DNA of 64,000 nt from sequence record LC680885.1, one strand, 5' to 3'. How positions within the stretch are numbered: the stretch's first letter is position 1; every line of letters starts with the position of its first letter. A model generated the notes under the pieces. That model was not told where the DNA came from and did not search any database. It worked only from the letters and a program-made list of their open reading frames with translations. Both the position numbers and the translations under genes were made by a program. This document shows, piece by piece, positions 46,185-54,247 of this stretch.

Positions 46185-46391
46185 GTGATTAATTTGAATT
46201 CAGATATCCGAATAGATAGAAGTGGCCTTTATATACAATCTAATGAGAAGCAGATGAAAGGACAAATTAAAATTATAGAAGAAAACAAAAAATTAAAAGA
46301 TTTTATTATTGATATTAAAAATAATGGTGGCTATGATGAAAAGGAATTAAATAAAATAGTAAATGAAATTGTTAAGGAGAATTTAAAATAA
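46185..46391 (+). CDS. Small coiled-coil protein, KENFK-tail family
   Basis: 68 aa; ends EIVKENLK. Confidence 0.7.
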   Translation: MINLNSDIRIDRSGLYIQSNEKQMKGQIKIIEENKKLKDFIIDIKNNGGYDEKELNKIVNEIVKENLK

Positions 46392-46846
46392 TGTCAAATG
46401 AAAAAGTTATTGCTAAAGAATTAACGTTAGACCAGAAAATTAAAATGTTAGAACCAAAGATAGATGAAGAGACTTATTTAAGACCATTAAGTCAAGTGGA
46501 TGAGTCTTTTTATAATGAAGTTATTAAAGATGAATTAATTGAGAAAATTAATAATGAAGACCATAAATTTGAAAATAATTTCGATTATCATATATTTAAA
46601 AATGGACCAATACAATTACTAGGTTTCATTTATAAATTTGAATTTAATGAAAATGCAGTAAATGTTAAAAAAGAAAAACCTAATGAAGGTAATATCTATT
46701 TTGGAAGCTTTATATTAAATAATAAAAATAAAAAAGATGATTCAATATATTTACTTAGAGTTGATAGCAGCTTAGTTGATTTTAGTCTATTAGAAAATAA
46801 AAAATATAAAGAATTTGGTAGAAACTTATTTAAATTAATTAAATAG
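46391..46846 (+). CDS. Hypothetical protein
   Basis: 151 aa; translationally coupled; AAGGAG RBS. Confidence 0.75.
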   Translation: MSNEKVIAKELTLDQKIKMLEPKIDEETYLRPLSQVDESFYNEVIKDELIEKINNEDHKFENNFDYHIFKNGPIQLLGFIYKFEFNENAVNVKKEKPNEGNIYFGSFILNNKNKKDDSIYLLRVDSSLVDFSLLENKKYKEFGRNLFKLIK

Positions 46847-46857
46847 GAGTGATATAA

Positions 46858-47136
46858 ATGGATAAAGAAATCGAAGATTTAGCAGGAAAAATAAATAATC
46901 TAGAAATTGACCTTAAAGGGATGAATTACAGATTATCTAATGATAAACAAGTTATTGATTTTGAAATAAATAAAATTAATGAATATATTAAATTTTTACA
47001 TGAAGAAAATCAAAGCATCAAAAAAGAAAATATGTTGTTAAAAGAAGCAATAGTGTCTATTTCTAAACATACAGAATTTAAGAATGATTATATAAATAAA
47101 CTGTCTAAAGAAATTGTTAAAGAAAATTTTAAATAA
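46858..47136 (+). CDS. Small coiled-coil protein, KENFK-tail family
   Basis: 92 aa; ends EIVKENFK. Confidence 0.75.
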   Translation: MDKEIEDLAGKINNLEIDLKGMNYRLSNDKQVIDFEINKINEYIKFLHEENQSIKKENMLLKEAIVSISKHTEFKNDYINKLSKEIVKENFK

Positions 47137-47156
47137 TAAAGAGATGTGATTTTATT

Positions 47157-47432
47157 TTGAATAATGAAAAAAGTTTAATTAAGCGTATGGAAGATTTAGA
47201 AGAACGTACTAGAATGAATGAAATTAAATTAAATACTATGAAAGATAATTATCATTATATAAATGACATTATAGGCACATTAATTAATAGAATAGAAAAT
47301 TCTAATCAAACTAATGAAAAGAAATTAGATGAAATAAGATTAGAGTTAGTCCGTCTTTCTAACGAATTAAATTCACATTCTGAAGTAACTAAAAAGTATC
47401 TAAAGAATTTTATCAAAGATAATCTTAAATAA
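47157..47432 (+). CDS. Small coiled-coil protein, KENFK-tail family
   Basis: 91 aa; ends FIKDNLK. Confidence 0.75.
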   Translation: MNNEKSLIKRMEDLEERTRMNEIKLNTMKDNYHYINDIIGTLINRIENSNQTNEKKLDEIRLELVRLSNELNSHSEVTKKYLKNFIKDNLK

Positions 47433-47436
47433 AGGA

Positions 47437-47724
47437 ATGAAGTGTATGAAGACTATTAAAAGAATAATTGGTTCAGAAGAATTTATCAATACGGTAAAGA
47501 AAACTATAGCTAGAACTAAGAAAGCAGAAGAAAAATTTTATGATTTAAATAATAGAGTTGATAAAGCTTTATCTTTAGCTAGTAGAGTTGTTGAAGATAA
47601 TAAAGAAAAAGAAAGACAAATTAAAGAGCTAAAAGAAGCTTTATCTAAAGAAAAAATTAATAACAGAAGCATAAAATCCCGATATAATAGATTATTATAT
47701 AAAAATGGAAATGGAGGGAAATAA
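47437..47724 (+). CDS. Small coiled-coil hypothetical protein
   Basis: 95 aa ORF in the same operon. Confidence 0.7.
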   Translation: MKCMKTIKRIIGSEEFINTVKKTIARTKKAEEKFYDLNNRVDKALSLASRVVEDNKEKERQIKELKEALSKEKINNRSIKSRYNRLLYKNGNGGK

Positions 47725-47729
47725 TAATT

Positions 47730-47957
47730 ATGAACTCAAATATTAATTTTAATGATAATGGATCATCTATGGATGAACTATATTCAAGAATGCAACTTAG
47801 AGCCGCTAAACAAGTAGAAAAAGATATATTGGGAGATAATGAAAAAGATTCCCTAGAAAAAGAAGTAAAAGAACTTAGAGAACTTGTTCTTGAAGTAGCT
47901 AAAAAGTATGATGTTAAAGAAATAAAAGAATATCTAGTTAGAAAAAATATGAAATAG
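47730..47957 (+). CDS. Small coiled-coil protein, KENFK-tail family variant
   Basis: 75 aa; ends LVRKNMK. Confidence 0.7.
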   Translation: MNSNINFNDNGSSMDELYSRMQLRAAKQVEKDILGDNEKDSLEKEVKELRELVLEVAKKYDVKEIKEYLVRKNMK

Positions 47958-47982
47958 TGTTTAAGAAAAGAGTTGAATAAAA

Positions 47983-48174
47983 TTGGTTGAAAATGATTTA
48001 GATATCTTTAAAGCAATTGAAAAAGCAACTAATAATATCTTAGATAAAAATGAAAAACTAAAAAGTGAGAATTTAGAACTTAAAGAATTGATATTAGATA
48101 TTTCTAAAGAATATAATATAAAAGATAAAAGAATAACTGAAATAAAAGTTGATCTAGCAAAAAATAAGAGGTAA
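47983..48174 (+). CDS. Small coiled-coil protein
   Basis: 63 aa; ENLELKELILDISKEY shares the module of its neighbours. Confidence 0.55.
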   Translation: MVENDLDIFKAIEKATNNILDKNEKLKSENLELKELILDISKEYNIKDKRITEIKVDLAKNKR

Positions 48175-48197
48175 TGACAAATTAATGTCATTACCTC
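48168..48197. terminator. Bidirectional terminator
   Basis: gaggtaatgaca/tgtcattacctc 12-bp stem between convergent genes. Confidence 0.8.
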
Positions 48198-48210
48198 AAT
48201 TATACTGCTT

Positions 48211-50439
48211 TTAGTCATCATATTTATCTTTATATTCATAATAACTATCAAATTGAACTTCTAAACCTGAGAAAGCTGAAATGAATCCCATTCTACCTTC
48301 CATATTGATATTTTCAATATCTTTAAAATCAACATCTGGTTTACGATAATTGAAATTCTTATTTTTGTCTATAAATATTCTAATTCTATTTTCATTTTTA
48401 ATAATCTTGATATACTTGTTATTAATGTCTAATGGAACATGATTAGTTAAAAATAATTGTTTTTCTGATTCATCTTGGAATATTTCTTTAGGTTTTCCAA
48501 ATACTTTATCAATTTCATAGAAACCAGTTTTCATTATACGGTCAGGATCTTTCATTACATCTCCATCATTTAGATCAAAGTAAGGAACATCCCAATTTTC
48601 TTGTTGAGAAGCTATCCAAAGCATGTAACCTGAATTGAGTTGAGTGTTATAATCAAATACGATTCCTGCTCCACCAGTTTTATTTTTATTAATTACTTTA
48701 AATGTCATAATATAATTTTTAGGGAATTTAAAGTTTTGACTATACACATAATTTAATGCATCATCATCGAATTTAGTTGTTCCATCTATGAAGCTGATAT
48801 ATCCATAATTACCTAATGACTGTTTAGATAAAGTTTTATTATAAAATCCTGTATAAGTTTGAGTTTCTACAGGGAATGTACCATATGATCTTAATGCAAC
48901 TATCATAGGATTAAAGTATATTCCTGATCTACTCTCATCATAGAAATAATCAGAACCATCTGGATTTTTAAGTGAATAATTATACTCCAACTCAACATTA
49001 TACCAATCTTCTTTAGTTACGATAAATGTATTATCGAATTCTTCATGACTAATTCCAGCTATTTCAAATTCATCTAAACTAACTTGAATTATTTCATTTG
49101 GATCAACGTCATCAACAAAATTTGTTAATTTGACTTCTATTTCCATTCTCTTAATATTTTTCATATTGTACATCATATGTTTAAGATATGATTTTTGACC
49201 TTGAGTATTATAATTTTTATTATTTGAAGGGAATATATTTTCTACTTTTTTAACTTTACCTGTATTTGATGTTAATGTGATATCATAAACTAACTTAGCT
49301 GTAGGATGATTATTATCTTTAAAGTTAGTTGAATATCCCATATTAAAAGCAAAGAAATCATAATTTAATAAACGTTTAATATTCATTCTAGGATTTTCAT
49401 TTTCATCATCTAAAGTTATTTTAACAAATGATGCAGAATTTTCATCTTCTTTATCAGATTTACTTAAAATATCTCCTTTAACTTCATATAAACCGGTTTC
49501 TTGATTAAAACTTACTGAAGATAATCTTGTTGATTCAAGATTAGAATGACTTACATCTTCATCATTAGCTTTTCTTAAATCAAATATAGCTGTAGGTGCT
49601 TTAAATTGATAGTTCTCTGTAGCATTAATTATATTAAAACCTTTTCGATCTGTTATTTTTAATTTAGATGTACCATTTTGTAAAGGTGCAAATAAATATT
49701 TCTCTCCTGGTTTAAAATACATTTTACCTTGAAATTTACGTGAAAAACCTTTTTTGTAAAATAGATGTGGTAGAGTTTTTAAACCATCGTTATTAAGTGT
49801 AAATGGTTCTACTAAATCTTTATTATCTGTATCAGGTCTATAGAATTTATGCTCATGAACTTCATGTCTTTCTCTTAGATATCTATCAGAAGTGATATTT
49901 TCTAATTTATCTTCAAAATCAGTTTCAGGTACAAACGGTATAATTCTAGGATCGTTATAACCCGGAGTAACTCTACCGGATTTTTCTTCAGTACTTTTCA
50001 TCATGTGTTTAAAAATAGGCTTGGGATTATTTTCAGTGCCTAATATTTCATTTTCTTCATTAATAATCTTATTTAAATCATTAATGACAGTCTCTGGGAA
50101 AATTTTTACAGTATCTGTATTAAATTGATCTACTGTTTGCATATCATTAACAAAAAGTAAAAGATACCAAAGATCAGTAGTTCCATATAGTTCATTAGAT
50201 AGATATTCAGGCCGATAGTGATATGATTTTGATAAGTCATAATCTATTAAATCTCTTTTAAGTACATTTTCATATTTTTTTAGTAATGGTAAACTAAAGA
50301 CAGCTTGTTTTTCAAATAAATACCATTCTGATATATTATTAAGTAATATTTTATTCGTCTTGGAGTATTCTATTTCATCAGACATTTCAGGTACATCATT
50401 TCTACCCATATTGTTATTTCCTACGTCACGAATAAGCAA
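48211..50439 (-). CDS. Baseplate wedge gp53/LysM-like protein with C-terminal lectin-like beta-sandwich domains
   Basis: YHYRPEYLSNELYGTTDLWYLLLFVN is the gp53/tail-X signature; C-terminal GGAGIVF...GYMLWI...GRMGF is ConA/DUF1080-like. Confidence 0.6.
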   Translation of the reverse strand: MLIRDVGNNNMGRNDVPEMSDEIEYSKTNKILLNNISEWYLFEKQAVFSLPLLKKYENVLKRDLIDYDLSKSYHYRPEYLSNELYGTTDLWYLLLFVNDMQTVDQFNTDTVKIFPETVINDLNKIINEENEILGTENNPKPIFKHMMKSTEEKSGRVTPGYNDPRIIPFVPETDFEDKLENITSDRYLRERHEVHEHKFYRPDTDNKDLVEPFTLNNDGLKTLPHLFYKKGFSRKFQGKMYFKPGEKYLFAPLQNGTSKLKITDRKGFNIINATENYQFKAPTAIFDLRKANDEDVSHSNLESTRLSSVSFNQETGLYEVKGDILSKSDKEDENSASFVKITLDDENENPRMNIKRLLNYDFFAFNMGYSTNFKDNNHPTAKLVYDITLTSNTGKVKKVENIFPSNNKNYNTQGQKSYLKHMMYNMKNIKRMEIEVKLTNFVDDVDPNEIIQVSLDEFEIAGISHEEFDNTFIVTKEDWYNVELEYNYSLKNPDGSDYFYDESRSGIYFNPMIVALRSYGTFPVETQTYTGFYNKTLSKQSLGNYGYISFIDGTTKFDDDALNYVYSQNFKFPKNYIMTFKVINKNKTGGAGIVFDYNTQLNSGYMLWIASQQENWDVPYFDLNDGDVMKDPDRIMKTGFYEIDKVFGKPKEIFQDESEKQLFLTNHVPLDINNKYIKIIKNENRIRIFIDKNKNFNYRKPDVDFKDIENINMEGRMGFISAFSGLEVQFDSYYEYKDKYDD

Positions 50440-50472
50440 AATTATTTCACTTCCATTCTTATTTTGTTATAA

Positions 50473-50484
50473 TAAATGCATGTT
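50473..50484 (-). promoter_or_regulatory. Putative late promoter
   Basis: AACAtgcattTA 34 nt upstream of TTG 50439. Confidence 0.6.
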
Positions 50485-50535
50485 AAAGTTCGAATGAGCA
50501 TATTAATAAAAAACTAAAAATTTCAACTAATATTT

Positions 50536-50557
50536 TAAATATATATTATTTTAATGA
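50536..50557 (+). promoter_or_regulatory. Putative early promoter TAAATATATATTATTTTAATGA
   Basis: Identical to 44402-44423 (-). Confidence 0.65.
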
Positions 50558-50623
50558 GATTGAGATGGAATTAATCTTAATACTCAAAAATAAAAATTTT
50601 TAATTACAAGGAGAGATTTGGAT

Positions 50624-52168
50624 ATGGCAAAAGTAAAATACTCACAAACAAAATTATTGGTAAGAGGAGCATTTAGATCAGATGAAATTATCAACGTAGT
50701 TGGTGATGGCGGAATTGGTAAAACACAAATGATGAGAGATATTGCAGAAGAAGATAATATGAACTTCATTACTATCGCTGCAAATAACCTTAAAGAAGGG
50801 GAATTATCTTTACCAATGTTATCACAAAAAGATAATGAAGTTATCTATGCTCCAATGGATAAAATTAAGTTAGCTAATAGTCTTTTTGAGAGATATAAAG
50901 AGTATCAAAGAGAAGGTGGAAAACAATATTCACGTAAAGACCTTTCTTTAAAATCTGTTGATGAATTAAAAGAAATTTATGTGAAATTGACTGGTAAAGA
51001 TGTTGTTGATTATTATGAGGATACTCATGAAAACTATGTTAATAAAGTATTTAACAAAGCTAGAGTTAAAAATGTTAAATATAGTAAAAATGATTTAATG
51101 AAAAAATCATTTAATGAATTAAATGAAATCTTTGTAGAATTAACTGGTAAAGAATTAAGAGATAAAATTGGTAAAGGTTTCTATATCAAAGAAATTTTAG
51201 AAGCAGTTCCAAGACCTTATACTCTATTATTTATTGACGAAATTGGACGTACAGACCAACAAGTACAATCAGAGTTAATGAACTTCTTATTAGAACGTCA
51301 AGTAAATGGTTATCATTTACCACCTAACGTTAAGATTGCATTAGCACAAAACCCATCTTCAGACATGCCAGGATTTGAAGACTCAGAATACGCAGCAACT
51401 TCTATGGATAACGCAGTAAGTTCTCGTATTACATTTGTACACATGGTTCCTGATATTGAAAGTTGGGTAGACTTTGCTACTAAATATAAAGATGGTTCAG
51501 AAAAGCAAAATATTCATCCATCTATTGTTGAGTTCGTAACTGAAAAAGAAAGTACTGAATATTTATTCAGACCTCATAAAGAAGCTGGTAAAGACTTCAA
51601 TGATACTAACCCACGTTCTTGGGAAATGATTTCTAATATGTTATATGTATTAGAAGAAGATGATTTATTTAAATTCTCTAATAGTGAAGAAGAGAAACGT
51701 AAGAAGAAAGATACTTTACAATTCTTCACTGAAGGTAAAATTAATAGTGATTTAGCAAACTTATTTGTTAAATTCTATATTGAAAAACAAGCTAAATTAC
51801 CTCGTCCAAGTGATATTTTATTTGAATATGATAAAGGTAAAATGGTTCCTCGTAAAGAATTAGCTAAACAACACATTGAAGCTATTGAAAGTCAATCAAC
51901 TATTAGACAATTAACATTGAAAACTTCAATGATTAACTATCTTAAAAATAATCCTGATTTAGCTGAAGAACAAGTTATTCAAATTGCTGTAGAAGCTTTA
52001 TTATTAGGTAAAGTTGAAACTAATGCTACACCAATTAGATTAATTTCTAGACTTTCAGAATCTACTGAAGAGTCAGACCAAGAATTATATGAGAAATTCA
52101 CTGATAATGAATTATACAGTGATAAAGCATTTGCATTATACGAACAAATGGTAGGAAGCTTAGGATAA
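50624..52168 (+). CDS. MoxR-like AAA+ ATPase
   Basis: GDGGIGKT, LFIDEIGR, LAQNP, AVSSRI, NPRSWE; ATG 50624 fits the RBS; paired with a VWA gene. Confidence 0.85.
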   Translation: MAKVKYSQTKLLVRGAFRSDEIINVVGDGGIGKTQMMRDIAEEDNMNFITIAANNLKEGELSLPMLSQKDNEVIYAPMDKIKLANSLFERYKEYQREGGKQYSRKDLSLKSVDELKEIYVKLTGKDVVDYYEDTHENYVNKVFNKARVKNVKYSKNDLMKKSFNELNEIFVELTGKELRDKIGKGFYIKEILEAVPRPYTLLFIDEIGRTDQQVQSELMNFLLERQVNGYHLPPNVKIALAQNPSSDMPGFEDSEYAATSMDNAVSSRITFVHMVPDIESWVDFATKYKDGSEKQNIHPSIVEFVTEKESTEYLFRPHKEAGKDFNDTNPRSWEMISNMLYVLEEDDLFKFSNSEEEKRKKKDTLQFFTEGKINSDLANLFVKFYIEKQAKLPRPSDILFEYDKGKMVPRKELAKQHIEAIESQSTIRQLTLKTSMINYLKNNPDLAEEQVIQIAVEALLLGKVETNATPIRLISRLSESTEESDQELYEKFTDNELYSDKAFALYEQMVGSLG

Positions 52169-52175
52169 CAATTAT

Positions 52176-52206
52176 AGATAATGGAGATTATTAGTCTCCA
52201 TTATCT
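52176..52206 (+). terminator. Hairpin/attenuator between the AAA and VWA genes
   Basis: agataatggaga/tctccattatct 12-bp stem followed by a T-rich tract. Confidence 0.6.
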
Positions 52207-52232
52207 TCATTTATTTTTTTATAATTAGGAGA

Positions 52233-54170
52233 GTGAATTTGATAATGAATGATAATAGAACAATTAAAGTAATTAGAAAAGAAATATTAGACGAAGTACA
52301 AGAATCGATTGTAAATGATAGACAGTTAGATAAAAAGAAATTAACGAAGCTTGGAGAAGAATTAATTGAAAATAGTATTTTTGTGTTGTATACTTCTGAT
52401 GTTGATATTTATGGAGTAATGTTAATGACTGTAGAAAAGATCATTGACATTGAAATTCCAGAACCAACTTTCTCAGTATTTGATGAAGAAAAAGGTTATA
52501 AGATTGGTATTAATCCAGTGTTATTAGCCACTATGGTTGATAAAGATGAAGAAATAGTTTCTATGTTCCTACATGAAGTTATCCATGTAGCTCATGGACA
52601 TTTAATTGAATTTAGAATGTTAAGAAATAAAGAAGATTCTCAATTAAAAATGTTAAGTCACTTAGGAATGGATTTATCAGTATTTGAAATTGAAGAAGAC
52701 TTCCAATTAGGTAAACGTGAAGCTAATACAAGTAAAAAAGTTTTACCTGAAATTGCACCTAATGTAGATAAGATTGAAAAGTATATTCAAGATAAATTTA
52801 ATAAAACAAATTTTAAATTAAATCATAATGATGCTTCTCACTATTATATTAAACAATTAGTAGATATCTACAAAGAAAATAATGAAGAAGATATGTTTGA
52901 TTCTATGGGTGAATCTATGCAAAATATGATTCAAGAATCTTCAGAAAAACAGAATGAACGTGATGAAGATTCATTGAATGAAGAAAATGAAATGTTGAAA
53001 GACATGTTAGAAGATTTAAAAGACATTGAAGATAAAAATGATTTATCTAGTAAATTAGAAGATAATAAACTAGAAGAAAACAAAGTTAATGATTTTGAAA
53101 ATAAAGCTCAAGATTATATGAATAAATTAGATGAAATGAATCAAAATGATGAAGAGAATAGTAATGATACTCAAAATCAGAAAAATATAGAAGAGAAAAT
53201 GAATGATTTACTAGATTCAATGAGAAATAATACTTCAGATAATAAATTTAATAGTAAAGATAATAATGATTTATCTGATAAAATACAAGAAATGAAATCA
53301 GATATATTAAATCAAATGATTCAGAATAATATGCAACAGGGTTCTCAAGGTATGCAAGGTGAAGATGGTGGAATGCAAGACGGACAAAATGTTTCTGATA
53401 TGGGAAGTAACATGACTATGTCATCTTCTTTAGATGGAAATTCTAAATATGCAGATAAATTTGATTCCAATCCTCTTGAAGGAGATGCTACAGAGGAAAG
53501 AATGAAAGACCAATTGTATGATTTATTAGAAAGTGCTAGTAGTAATAGTCGTGGTGATACACCTAATCATATTAAAGAACAAATTGAAATTCTAAAACGT
53601 AAACCTAAGATTAAATGGCAAGATTATCTTAAAGCTAAAGTAGGTAAAAAACGTTCTTCTAGTACGAAAACTATTTTAAGAAGAAATAGAAGACAACCTT
53701 ATCGTAGTGATGTACGTGGAACTTTACCTGGTAGAAAATTAGGTAAAGTATTTGCGGCTATTGACACTTCAGGTTCAATGGGTAGAAATGAAATTGAAGA
53801 AATTATTGCTGAATTGTATTATATTAGTAGTGATATGAAAATTGATTTAGTTTTATTATTCTTTTCAACTGGTGTTGAAGAAGTAGTTGAAGTAAACAGA
53901 CCAAATCAATTTAATGATTATGTAATGGGTCGTGGCGGAACTTACTTCAGTTCTGTATTTGATTTCTTAAATGAAACTGATAACAAACGTAAATATTCAG
54001 TATCAAAAGATGATACTCTATTATTCTTCTCAGATGGTTTTGGAGAACCTGAGGTGGAATACGGTGTATTAACTGATGTTGTTTGGGTTATTACTGAAGA
54101 TGAAAATAATCTTTCAGTTAGAGATCCAAAAGGTAAAGTACTAAAATTAGAAATAGATAATAAAAGATAA
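52233..54170 (+). CDS. DUF2201-type metallopeptidase-like/VWA domain protein
   Basis: FLHEVIHVAHGH; MIDAS AIDTSGSM, GRGGT, FFSDGFG. Confidence 0.85.
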   Translation: MNLIMNDNRTIKVIRKEILDEVQESIVNDRQLDKKKLTKLGEELIENSIFVLYTSDVDIYGVMLMTVEKIIDIEIPEPTFSVFDEEKGYKIGINPVLLATMVDKDEEIVSMFLHEVIHVAHGHLIEFRMLRNKEDSQLKMLSHLGMDLSVFEIEEDFQLGKREANTSKKVLPEIAPNVDKIEKYIQDKFNKTNFKLNHNDASHYYIKQLVDIYKENNEEDMFDSMGESMQNMIQESSEKQNERDEDSLNEENEMLKDMLEDLKDIEDKNDLSSKLEDNKLEENKVNDFENKAQDYMNKLDEMNQNDEENSNDTQNQKNIEEKMNDLLDSMRNNTSDNKFNSKDNNDLSDKIQEMKSDILNQMIQNNMQQGSQGMQGEDGGMQDGQNVSDMGSNMTMSSSLDGNSKYADKFDSNPLEGDATEERMKDQLYDLLESASSNSRGDTPNHIKEQIEILKRKPKIKWQDYLKAKVGKKRSSSTKTILRRNRRQPYRSDVRGTLPGRKLGKVFAAIDTSGSMGRNEIEEIIAELYYISSDMKIDLVLLFFSTGVEEVVEVNRPNQFNDYVMGRGGTYFSSVFDFLNETDNKRKYSVSKDDTLLFFSDGFGEPEVEYGVLTDVVWVITEDENNLSVRDPKGKVLKLEIDNKR

Positions 54171-54178
54171 TTCAAATT

Positions 54179-54210
54179 ACGTCAATGGATATTAATTTAT
54201 CCATTGACGT
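54179..54210 (+). terminator. Intrinsic terminator
   Basis: acgtcaatggata/tatccattgacgt 13-bp stem. Confidence 0.75.
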
Positions 54211-54247
54211 TTATATTTAAAATTTTTTACTTAAAGGAGATTAAACA

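Noticed and set aside
47961-48251. Minus-strand ORFs at 47961-48251, 50584-50769, 53942-54175, 54616-54939 and 57723-57932
   Set aside because: Antisense to real genes and crossing terminators or promoters; no support
44343-50630. Invertible segment bounded by the shared 22/23-nt inverted blocks
   Set aside because: Spacing between blocks differs (36 versus 50 nt), the intervening sequence is unrelated and no recombinase is nearby; better explained as regulatory motifs
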